Shown here: in pieces, positions 1 through 7,562 of the stretch
Layout: every line of letters starts with the position of its first letter
Position numbering within the stretch: the first letter of the stretch is position 1
NCBI GenBank assembly: GCA_041736785.1
Contig: JBGSSZ010000674.1
Coordinates: 1 to 41,319, forward strand
Direction: 5' to 3'
Origin: Limnoglobus sp.
Lineage (GTDB): Bacteria; Planctomycetota; Planctomycetia; Gemmatales; Gemmataceae
DNA: 41,319 nucleotides
Made by a program: the position numbers and the translations under genes
The notes under the pieces: generated by a model
What the model was told of the DNA's origin: nothing
Database searches by the model: none
Seen by the model: only the letters and a program-made list of their open reading frames with translations

Positions 1-210
1 GGCTGCTCGCTCCCGCCGGCTTCCAACGCCATTCCGGCTGCTCCGGCAGATGCACCGAAGACGATGCCGGCTCCGATGAAAAAGACCTCCAGTCTGATCA
101 TCCCCCCGGCCGTCATGCCCGCTTCCAATCTTGACGCGGCCCCGATCATCATTCCGCAGCCGGCACCCGCTCCGGCACCCGTGCTCGGCGGAACCAAGAG
201 CCCATTCTGA
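1..210 (+). CDS. 3' end of an upstream gene (partial; Pro/Ala-rich C-terminus, unknown function)
   Basis: Frame 1 is open from the window edge to TGA at 208-210 (..APADAPKTMPAPMKKTSSLIIPPAVMPASNLDAAPIIIPQPAPAPAPVLGGTKSPF*). No recognisable domain. A hairpin plus T-run follows at 239-267. Confidence 0.3.
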   Translation, partial: GCSLPPASNAIPAAPADAPKTMPAPMKKTSSLIIPPAVMPASNLDAAPIIIPQPAPAPAPVLGGTKSPF

Positions 211-238
211 GCTCCACCTCGCCAACACCCCGATGAAC

Positions 239-267
239 GGCTGTCGCATCCACGGCAGTCGTTTTTC
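239..267 (+). terminator. Possible Rho-independent terminator of the upstream partial gene
   Basis: ggctgtcg (239-246) / cggcagtc (253-260) form an 8-bp stem (2 G-U pairs) with loop catcca, followed by gtttttc. Confidence 0.4.
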
Positions 268-325
268 GCGTTGGACCCGCAAGATTTCCAGTTTAAGCAC
301 GACGTTCGACCGCTCACGCCTTAGG

Positions 326-922
326 ATGACGCCAGCCAACACAACAGGTGCGGCGATGACTGTGTCGGCGAATGGGACGACAGATCTCGCGTTCAAAATT
401 GCCCGGCTCGTCGAAGAACGTGGCTGGAATCAGGAAGATTTTGCCCGCATCGCCAACCTCAACCGGCACACTTGCAGACAGATTCTCAAAGGGGACGACA
501 ACCGCCGTCTCCGCAATGCCACCGTCAGCCAATGCGCCGAAGCCCTCGGCCTGAGCGTGAACGAGCTCCGCACGCAGGTGTTGGAGCGACTGCTCCCGCG
601 GATGCACGGCAAACCCGCCGCCGACGACGAGGCAATCCGACTGCTCACCGAAGGCGCCCACCTGACGGACCTCGTGACCTGGCTTGAGAAAAACGCGGAC
701 CGTGCCTCGGAATTGAGCCCCGAGGAGGCCACCGAGTTGCTGGCGCTGCAGGAACCTGGCGGCAGCCTCGAAAGACTCGGCGTGGAGCAGGCCGTCAATC
801 ACATCGAGCGACGACGTCAACTGCTCGGCCGGGCCCGCGTGCTGGCGGCGACAGATCAGTTCGCATTCCTCGAGCAGTTCGTCGACATGCTCTTCGAAAA
901 AGTGAACCGCACCGCGAAGTGA
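326..922 (+). CDS. XRE-family helix-turn-helix transcriptional regulator (198 aa from ATG 326)
   Basis: HTH_XRE-like segment: LAFKIARLVEERGWNQEDFARIANLNRHTCRQILKGDDNRRLRNATVSQCAEALGLSVNELR. The track ORF starts at TTG 131, but its first 65 aa are Arg/Ser/His-rich and non-protein-like. ATG at 326 (or 356) is more plausible. Confidence 0.75.
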   Translation: MTPANTTGAAMTVSANGTTDLAFKIARLVEERGWNQEDFARIANLNRHTCRQILKGDDNRRLRNATVSQCAEALGLSVNELRTQVLERLLPRMHGKPAADDEAIRLLTEGAHLTDLVTWLEKNADRASELSPEEATELLALQEPGGSLERLGVEQAVNHIERRRQLLGRARVLAATDQFAFLEQFVDMLFEKVNRTAK

Positions 923-1564
923 TTAGGCCCGCGATGTGCCGACCAGAAATGCCAACTGCTCGAACTGCACCGAGAGATCCACCGACACTAGTGACACCTT
1001 CGACGGCACTTTCAGCAGCAGCGGTGCGAAGTTCAGCAAGCCTCTGACACCCGACGCACACAGCACATCCGCAACACCCTGAGCGGCTTCCGCCGGCACA
1101 GTGATGACGCCGAGTTCCACTTTCAAGGCTTGCACGCGGTTCGCCAACTGCTCGATCGGCAGCACGGAATGCCCTTCGACCGCTTGCCCGACTTTGGTCA
1201 CGTCGCTGTCAAAGAGCGCCACAATGTCGAAGCCCTGAGCCTGGAATCCCTGATAGCGGAGCAGGGCACGGGCCAGATTGCCCACGCCCACGAGCACGGC
1301 ACTCCACTGACGGTCAATGTTCAGCGTACGGCGGATGGCATCGCAGAGCGCTGTGGACTCATAGCCCACGCCGCGCTGACCGAGGTGGCCCAAGCCGGCG
1401 ATGTCACGGCGGACTTGTGCGTCGCTGACGCCCACGAAATCGGCGAGGATAGAGCTGGAAATGTTCCCGGCATCCACGTGGGTCGCAATGCACCGCAGAT
1501 ACTGACTGAGTCGAAATGCCGCTGCGGTCGAGAGGCCGCCGGCGGGGCGATGGCCACGCGTCAC
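923..1564 (-). CDS. rex: Redox-sensing transcriptional repressor Rex
   Basis: N-terminal winged helix (RLSQYLRCI..ISSSILADFVGVSDAQVRRDIAGLGHLGQRGVGY) plus Rossmann NADH-binding fold (AVLVGVGNLARALL..FDIVALFD). GTG start at 1564. Its stop codon abuts the stop of the convergent HTH gene (TGA 920-922 / TAA 925-923). Confidence 0.9.
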   Translation of the reverse strand: MTRGHRPAGGLSTAAAFRLSQYLRCIATHVDAGNISSSILADFVGVSDAQVRRDIAGLGHLGQRGVGYESTALCDAIRRTLNIDRQWSAVLVGVGNLARALLRYQGFQAQGFDIVALFDSDVTKVGQAVEGHSVLPIEQLANRVQALKVELGVITVPAEAAQGVADVLCASGVRGLLNFAPLLLKVPSKVSLVSVDLSVQFEQLAFLVGTSRA

Positions 1565-1636
1565 AGGTGATCTGCCGGGGAGTTCATACTGAATAGTGTA
1601 CGTCCGACAGTCGCTTCGCGGAGTTGCGTTGTCCGG

Positions 1637-2608
1637 TTATTTGTCCCAATCTTCGCGATAAACCGGCACGACAAGGACTTCCCCAGCGGGCTCCTGCAAG
1701 GTGATTGTCATGTCCACTCGCTTGAATTTATTGATCGGCGTCGGTGCCTGCACTCGGACGGTCTGCGTCAGAGCGGAGTCCTTCGACCACTTCGCGACGA
1801 AGTCGGGGTGATCGATGATGATCGTCGCAATCTGCAGAGGCTTGCCATCGACCCGCCGAAGCACCGTGGCGGCAGTGGCACGTGCCGTCTGCGAATCGCT
1901 GTCCCAAAACAACTCCGCTGGATAGGCTTTCAGCATTGCAGGATGCTTCTTCGACACCTGCACCGGCACATGCAATTCGGGGTAGAGCGGATCGCCCGTG
2001 ACCAGCACGATTGTCTCGCGGTGTTCGCCCAGCGGAGTGTCGTCGTTCACAGTGATCGTGATCCGGTGCTGCCCCGGTCGACTGTCGGCGGACAAAAGCG
2101 CTTTCAAGTGCGGCGACGACGGCGACACTCCCTTGATCGTCAGCGGTACCGCCCGGCGATCTTCAATCACCACGTCCTGCGTGACAGTGCCGCTCTCGAG
2201 TGAGATTGCCAAGCCGGGCGGTGTGATTGAAATCTCACGAACGAGATTGGCCGTGAGAGCGAGTTGGAGCGATCCGACAGCAGTGCCGTCGGTCTTGTAT
2301 TCCACGTGAGCCGTCCACGACCACGGCCCGGCGGCTTGAGCAAGTGTGTTGATCTGCACTGCCAGCGTCGCCGATTCGCCAGGCTTGAGCTTCTTGCGAT
2401 CGAAACCGTGTTTCGTGCAACCGCACGAGACTTTTACTCCGAGCAGTGCAACGGTCTGACTCGGAGAATTGTTGATGAGCTTGAACGAATGCGTCAGCGG
2501 TGCGCCCGCTTTGAGTTCGCCGAGTTGCGCCGTCGGCGTCTCACAGACCAGTGCAGGAACAGGCGTCTGGCCAACGCTGGCCAGAAGGAGAAGAATGGCG
2601 TTCATCAT
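1637..2608 (-). CDS. Secreted DUF1573-domain protein
   Basis: Signal peptide MMNAILLLLASVGQ, then the typical DUF1573 block (FKLINNSPSQTVALLGVKVSCGCTK). The remainder is beta-rich repeats. Confidence 0.8.
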   Translation of the reverse strand: MMNAILLLLASVGQTPVPALVCETPTAQLGELKAGAPLTHSFKLINNSPSQTVALLGVKVSCGCTKHGFDRKKLKPGESATLAVQINTLAQAAGPWSWTAHVEYKTDGTAVGSLQLALTANLVREISITPPGLAISLESGTVTQDVVIEDRRAVPLTIKGVSPSSPHLKALLSADSRPGQHRITITVNDDTPLGEHRETIVLVTGDPLYPELHVPVQVSKKHPAMLKAYPAELFWDSDSQTARATAATVLRRVDGKPLQIATIIIDHPDFVAKWSKDSALTQTVRVQAPTPINKFKRVDMTITLQEPAGEVLVVPVYREDWDK

Positions 2609-2650
2609 GATGACGAATAGCGTGCCGCGGTCGCTACTGCAATCGCAATT

Positions 2651-3514
2651 TTATTCCGGGTCCGTTCGTTCGATGTCCTTGAGCTTCGTGGTGATGACTG
2701 GAAGCCATTGCTCACTGTTGGGCAGTTTGACAAACTGCAGGACGCCTTGAACCTTGAGCCACTCGCTCGGTTTGTAGCCACTCGCTGCAAGTGAGCCGCC
2801 GCTGTCGTCGTTCTGCACGACGATCTTCGCCTTCAGCGGGACCATGTCAGCCGCACAGCAGGTCATCTTGGTGGTATAGAGCGTGAACTGTCGCTCGGTC
2901 TCGGGTTTCAACATGCCGTGGACTGTCGCCCGTGTGCCGGTGAGGGCTTCCATGCGATCGGGGCTTCGCATCGCTTCTGAGATATCGTTGAAGGTCAGCG
3001 ACACGTCGCCACGGCCTTCGATATTCTTGAGGCTGCTGACGTCGAGGTCGTGGGTCGTGACCATGTTGCCGATGCGTTCGCTGCTGAAGCCCTGGTTGGG
3101 CAGGCCGAGGAAGAAGAGCACCAGCGGGAACATGAGCACGACGACTCGCCAGAAGACGCCGCCGTGGTCGTGGCTTTCGCCGTGTGCGTGATCGTGACCG
3201 CAGTCGTCGTCGTGGACGTGCGGTGACGCTGCCGCACGCCAGAGTGCGACGCCGCGGATGATGCAGAGCAGGGTGAGTACGACTCCGCCGATGAGTACCC
3301 ATTTCCAGAAGGGCTCCGCGAGCATGATCGTTAGCATCCCCGATTGATTCGCAACGGCTTGCGAGCCGAGCAGGATGGCGACGATACCGAACGCGCCGCA
3401 GATGCCCACGGTCAGCAGTTGCTCCAGGAATTCATCCGAATGAGCATGATCGTGGTGGTGATCGTGACCGCCGCCGTGGTCGTGGTCGTGGTCGTGGCCT
3501 GTGACATGATCCAT
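2651..3514 (-). CDS. TIGR03943/DUF1980-family two-TM membrane protein with His/Asp-rich tracts (putative metal-binding partner of the adjacent permease)
   Basis: N-terminus is MDHVTGHDHDHDHGGGHDHHHDHAHSD. There are two TM helices and a second tract, PHVHDDDCGHDHAHGESHDHGG. The C-terminal domain carries the family-typical KMTCCAADMVP motif. GGAG lies 6 nt upstream of ATG 3514, and the gene sits 10 nt downstream of the COG0701 permease. Confidence 0.75.
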   Translation of the reverse strand: MDHVTGHDHDHDHGGGHDHHHDHAHSDEFLEQLLTVGICGAFGIVAILLGSQAVANQSGMLTIMLAEPFWKWVLIGGVVLTLLCIIRGVALWRAAASPHVHDDDCGHDHAHGESHDHGGVFWRVVVLMFPLVLFFLGLPNQGFSSERIGNMVTTHDLDVSSLKNIEGRGDVSLTFNDISEAMRSPDRMEALTGTRATVHGMLKPETERQFTLYTTKMTCCAADMVPLKAKIVVQNDDSGGSLAASGYKPSEWLKVQGVLQFVKLPNSEQWLPVITTKLKDIERTDPE

Positions 3515-3524
3515 GACAAGCTCC

Positions 3525-4517
3525 TTATGGGCGCAACTGTTCCGACCAGTGCTGCAGGATCGGGTACTGATCGCTGAGAAAGTGAAAGAGCGTCATGTAG
3601 ACGAAGACCTGCACCAGGACGCACGTCACGATGGTCACGATCAGTTTCAACTTGAACACGCGAGTGTACATCAGCAACAGTTTGATGTCGAACATGGGCC
3701 CGAGCACGAGGAACGCAAGCTTGGACGACATCGCCATGGTTGTGAAGCTCGCCGCGACAAAGGCGTCGGCCTCGCTGCAGAGGCACATCAGCACGGACAT
3801 TGCCATCATCGCGGGGATGGCGACGTAAGGCATTTCGCGGGAGAGCGTTTCCACATAGCCCGTCGGCAGCCAGAGCTTCACGAGCGCAGCCAGGATCGCA
3901 CCAAGGATCAGGAACACCGTGATGTCCATGAAATCGTGCAGTGCGGTGCTCGACACATTGCCGATGCGCTTGGAGAACGGTTTCTTCTTGACCTCGTCAT
4001 CCTCGGCCAAGGCCAGTCCGGCCACCCGCGGCGGCATGGCGCTGGGTGTCACGAGCGCTGGCAGACCGCTTTTTCGCTCCAGCCGATAGACGACCAAGCC
4101 TGTGATTGCCGCGATGAGAAACCCGAAGCCGGCGCGGTAGAGCACCATCTCCGGGCCGACCTTGTGCCCGACAAACGCGACATAGGTACTCAGCAGCACC
4201 ACAACATTCACAATCGGCCCGGCGAGCATGTAGGCGACGCAGCATGCGAGGGGCAGACCTTTCTTCAGCAGTCGCCGCATGACGACGACGATGCCGCATT
4301 CGCACATGGGGAAAATCAGTCCGAGCAAGCCGCCCACGATCACCGCCGGCAGGGGACTCTTCGGCATCAGACGTGTGAGCAGTTTCTGCGGTAGAAACTC
4401 TTCGAGGAACCCCGCAACCACGGCTCCCAGCACAATGAACGGCAACGCCTCCCAGAGGATCGCCGTGAAAGTAAGGACAAAATCCTGAATCTGCACAAAC
4501 AACGGCACGGGAGCCAC
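3525..4517 (-). CDS. COG0701/DUF318-type permease (ArsP-like predicted permease)
   Basis: Polytopic membrane protein with conserved Cys-containing helices (IFPMCECGIVVV, VLMCLCSEADAFVAASF) typical of the family that pairs with DUF1980/TIGR03943 proteins. Confidence 0.8.
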   Translation of the reverse strand: MAPVPLFVQIQDFVLTFTAILWEALPFIVLGAVVAGFLEEFLPQKLLTRLMPKSPLPAVIVGGLLGLIFPMCECGIVVVMRRLLKKGLPLACCVAYMLAGPIVNVVVLLSTYVAFVGHKVGPEMVLYRAGFGFLIAAITGLVVYRLERKSGLPALVTPSAMPPRVAGLALAEDDEVKKKPFSKRIGNVSSTALHDFMDITVFLILGAILAALVKLWLPTGYVETLSREMPYVAIPAMMAMSVLMCLCSEADAFVAASFTTMAMSSKLAFLVLGPMFDIKLLLMYTRVFKLKLIVTIVTCVLVQVFVYMTLFHFLSDQYPILQHWSEQLRP

Positions 4518-4586
4518 CGGGTAACGGGCTACGTCGGATACGCTGGCCGGGTTCGCCCGGTTCGCAGAAAAGTTGTTTTAGCAGTC

Positions 4587-5567
4587 TCAGCAGCAATCGG
4601 TACCGTGGATCCGTCGCCCGCGCAGACTCGCGGCAATCGCCGTGGCGAAAAACACCAGCACGCAGCAGACGATGATCACACCCGACGGTCCGAGTTGTTC
4701 CGGATTCTGGCGACCCGGGATCGTCACCAAGGCCTTGCGGCTGATGAGGTATCCGCCGAGTCCGCACATGGTGCTGACCAGCAGCGAGATCGCGAACAGT
4801 TGGCGGACATTCCGTGCGACATTCGCGGCCGCCGCTGCCGGGACAATCAGCAGGGCGTTGATCAGCATCACGCCAACGGCTTTGATCGAGAGATTCACCA
4901 CCAGCGAGAGCAGGATGATGAAGATGTAGCTATTGAGCCGTACGCTGACGTTCCGCGTGCGAGCCAGGCTGGGGTTGTAGCCCGCGAGGGTCATCGCATT
5001 GAACCGGAGCACCACAAACAGTGCGGAGAGGATGACGACCAGGATCAGGAACGCGATGTCGGTGGCACTGGCGAAGAGTGGCGATCCGAACAGGAAGTCT
5101 TCAACGTTGAACCGCACCACGCGGGAGAGGAGCGGGATCAGCATCGCAGCGAAGCCGATGGCGAGGGCGAAGAAAACGCCAATGACCGCGTCTGCGGTCA
5201 ACCCGGTCCGATCGCGGACGAATGCGATCCCGAGCCCGGCCACAATCCCGAAGGCGACCATCACGGCAGGGATGACCCAGGGGTCCGCGTCGGCCGCCAG
5301 CGTGCTTGCGGGATTGAATACCAACAGCAGGACCAGCACACCGAGCGCAGCGCCGGCGAACGCCGTGTGTGCCATCGCATCCGAAAAGAACGCCATGCGG
5401 TTGCCGACGATGAACGGACCGACCAGCCCGCAGGCAACGCTGACCAGACCGATGGCGACAACCGCGTGAACCTCGAACGCGATGACATCCAGGGACGCGG
5501 CGGCGTCGGAGAGCAAGCTGGCGAGCGCGTCGATCATGAAGTTCAAGCTATCGAAATCGATTGCCAA
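4587..5567 (-). CDS. ABC-3 family metal (Zn/Mn/Fe) ABC-transporter permease (ZnuB/MntB/TroC-like)
   Basis: Multi-TM protein with the family-typical GPFIVGNRMAFFSDAMAHTAFAGAALG segment. No cognate ATPase or substrate-binding gene is present in the window. Confidence 0.85.
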   Translation of the reverse strand: MAIDFDSLNFMIDALASLLSDAAASLDVIAFEVHAVVAIGLVSVACGLVGPFIVGNRMAFFSDAMAHTAFAGAALGVLVLLLVFNPASTLAADADPWVIPAVMVAFGIVAGLGIAFVRDRTGLTADAVIGVFFALAIGFAAMLIPLLSRVVRFNVEDFLFGSPLFASATDIAFLILVVILSALFVVLRFNAMTLAGYNPSLARTRNVSVRLNSYIFIILLSLVVNLSIKAVGVMLINALLIVPAAAAANVARNVRQLFAISLLVSTMCGLGGYLISRKALVTIPGRQNPEQLGPSGVIIVCCVLVFFATAIAASLRGRRIHGTDCC

Positions 5568-5588
5568 CGGGCTTGGAGCGGCAGCGGA

Positions 5589-5686
5589 TCGAGAGCAACA
5601 TAAGATCGATTATCGGACCTTGCCGTGCCGGCGGGAATCCGCGGCCGCAGATCAACGTCCGATAATGTGTATTATGTTGCTTTCGA
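5589..5686 (-). promoter_or_regulatory. 30-nt imperfect inverted repeat with AT-rich Fur/Zur-like cores, upstream of the metal-permease genes (operator pair or 5'-leader hairpin)
   Basis: Arm 1 is 5589-5618 (tcgagagcaacataagatcgattatcggac). Arm 2 is 5657-5686 (gtccgataatgtgtattatgttgctttcga). The arms match at 25 of 30 positions as reverse complements. Each arm holds a CGATAAT..TTATG core that is AT-rich in an otherwise GC-rich genome. It lies between the accA stop (5731) and the permease start (5567). Confidence 0.35.
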
Positions 5687-5730
5687 GCGAAACAGGTGAA
5701 ACTGTCATTTCGACCTGAGAAACAAGCCAC

Positions 5731-6681
5731 TCACGCAACTGAGCCGAGCTTGCGGAAACGCTCGTAGCGGCGGCCCACCAGATCGGAGCCAGGCAGTCCT
5801 TCGAGTTGCCGCAGGCACTTCACGAGGTGCACCTGCAGGTTGTGAGCCGCGTCGCGTGGCGAGCGATGGGCTCCGCCAAGTGGCTCCGCGATCACGTCGT
5901 CCACGACTCCATGCTGTTTGAGTGTCTTCGCAGTGAGCCCCAGGCACTCCGCCGCTTTCGGCTTGGTGTCGTCGGTTGCGGTCTTCCACAGGATGCCAGC
6001 GCACCCCTCGGGACTGATCACCGAATAGTACGAGTGCTGCATCATGCTGACGCGGTCACCGACACCGATGCCGAGGGCTCCGCCCGATCCGCCTTCGCCG
6101 ATCACGACGCAAACGATCGGCGTCGGCAGCCGGGTCATCTCCAGGATGCTGGTGGCGATCAATTGCGACTGCCCACGCTCCTCGGCTCCGATGCCCGGAT
6201 ACGCGCCCGGTGTATCGATCAGGCAGATGACCGGCACGCCATACTTTGCGGCGAGCTTCATCTTGGCGAGAGCCTTGCGATAGCCCTCGGGATGCGCGCA
6301 GCCGTAGAAGCACTCCTGCCGTTCCTTGAGCGTGCGGCCTTTGTGGTGGCCGACCAGCAGGACTTTGAAATCGCCGACGCGGGCGAAGCCGCAGCGGAGG
6401 GCGCGATCGTCGCCGAACGCACGATCGCCATGAAGCTCAATGAACCCCTCGAAGCAGAGATCGACGTAGTCGAGAAGCTGCGGTCGCTTCGGATGCCGCG
6501 ACACCTGCACGGTCTGCCATGCTGAGAGGTTGTCGTAGGTCTTCTTGAGGATGCCACGCAGCGAGCCTCGGATCTCTTTGAGTTCGTTCTGCGCGGTATC
6601 CGTGCCGTCCGCTTCCAGTGCGTCCAGCTTCAGTTCCAGTTCGTGGATCGCCGTTTCAAACGGCAGCGGTTCGGCGGCCAT
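5731..6681 (-). CDS. accA: Acetyl-CoA carboxylase carboxyltransferase subunit alpha
   Basis: Full-length AccA-like sequence (RHPKRPQLLDYV..GHHKGR..FYGCAHPEGYRKALAKMKLAAKYGVPVICLIDTPGAYPGIGAEERGQS). Its ATG overlaps the upstream kinase stop by 1 nt (TGATG at 6679-6683). Confidence 0.95.
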   Translation of the reverse strand: MAAEPLPFETAIHELELKLDALEADGTDTAQNELKEIRGSLRGILKKTYDNLSAWQTVQVSRHPKRPQLLDYVDLCFEGFIELHGDRAFGDDRALRCGFARVGDFKVLLVGHHKGRTLKERQECFYGCAHPEGYRKALAKMKLAAKYGVPVICLIDTPGAYPGIGAEERGQSQLIATSILEMTRLPTPIVCVVIGEGGSGGALGIGVGDRVSMMQHSYYSVISPEGCAGILWKTATDDTKPKAAECLGLTAKTLKQHGVVDDVIAEPLGGAHRSPRDAAHNLQVHLVKCLRQLEGLPGSDLVGRRYERFRKLGSVA

Positions 6682-7562
6682 CAGTATTGCTCCTCCTCAG
6701 CCCAGTCCGGCACGCTCTTGAAGACCCGGAGCTTCTTCATCATCATCATCACTTCGTGAAAGTTCGGCGGGCGGTCCTCGCGCTTCTTCGCCAGCAGCTT
6801 GAGCAGAAAATTGGAGAACTCATCGGTGACATCGTCGTTGAAGCTCGTCACCGCAGCCGGTTTCTCCATCAGATGCTTGCGAAGCAGATCATCCCGCGTG
6901 CTGCCGCGAAACGGTGTGCGACCGCAGCATAGCTCATAGAGCGTCACCCCGTAACTGTAGATGTCGGCCCGACCGTCGATGATCTCGTTGCGGATCTGCT
7001 CCGGTGACATGAAGCTGTGCGTGCCCTGGGTGCTGCCGCGTTTGCGGAGCAGTTTCTGCAGGAAACTCTTCTCGATCTTCTTCGAGATGGCGAAGTCGAT
7101 AATCTTCGTCTGGCCGAGTGCGTTCACGAGGATGTTGTCGGGCTTAACGTCGCGATGGACGTAGCCGCTCGAGTTCATGTACGCCAGGCCGGTGGCCATC
7201 TCCTTGAAGATTTTCTTGGCCCACTTCTTGATGAATTCGCGGCCCTCCTCGGTGTTGCCCTGCAGCTTCTTCCGCAGCGAACCCGAGGGAAAATACTCCA
7301 TGATGAAGTGCGGGTTCTTGGAGTCGCGGCTGAGCTTTTGAATGTTCACGACGTTCACATGCCGCATCTTCTGACCAACCTCGAACTCGTGAAAGAGCAT
7401 GGCGCGATGCTCCCTGTTGTCGGCGTGCTCCGGCAGCAGGATCTTCATGGCGTAGTGCATGCCGCTCTTCGGCTCCACCACTTCGAAGACCTGCGACGCG
7501 GCCCCGGTCTGCAGCAGCGAGCGCAGTTTGTAGCCGCCGATCAGTTCGTTGACTTCTGCCAT
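6681..7562 (-). CDS. Stand-alone Hanks-type Ser/Thr protein kinase (catalytic domain only)
   Basis: Contains the VAIK-like YAMKIL, the catalytic loop YVHRDVKPDNIL, DFA (in place of DFG) in IIDFAIS, and SPE (in place of APE). The Gly-rich loop is degenerate (LLQTGAASQVFE). There is no sensor or TM domain. Both ends overlap their neighbours by 1 nt. Confidence 0.9.
   Translation of the reverse strand: MAEVNELIGGYKLRSLLQTGAASQVFEVVEPKSGMHYAMKILLPEHADNREHRAMLFHEFEVGQKMRHVNVVNIQKLSRDSKNPHFIMEYFPSGSLRKKLQGNTEEGREFIKKWAKKIFKEMATGLAYMNSSGYVHRDVKPDNILVNALGQTKIIDFAISKKIEKSFLQKLLRKRGSTQGTHSFMSPEQIRNEIIDGRADIYSYGVTLYELCCGRTPFRGSTRDDLLRKHLMEKPAAVTSFNDDVTDEFSNFLLKLLAKKREDRPPNFHEVMMMMKKLRVFKSVPDWAEEEQY

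Noticed and set aside
131-325. N-terminal extensions of track ORFs. Besides this one, they are 8480-8572 (fpr), 12938-13027 (uvrA), 28527-28688 (comF), 31161-31265 (regulator), 37450-37797 (thioredoxin-like) and 38379-38555 (xer).
   Set aside because: The extensions start at alternative codons, are compositionally junk-like or overlap the neighbouring gene. Internal starts coincide with the canonical N-termini or signal peptides of the families.
1565-1636. Possible Rex operator upstream of rex (TTCA-TAC-TGAA at about 1585-1595).
   Set aside because: Only 4-bp arms are present, and it does not match the TTGTGAA-N4-TTCACAA Rex box well enough to call.
4547-4560. ccggg-ttcg-cccgg hairpin and ccgg(g)ttcgc tandem between the ABC-3 and COG0701 permease genes.
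   Set aside because: The stem is only 5 bp and has no U-tract. It may be a minor intercistronic structure, but the evidence is too weak to annotate.
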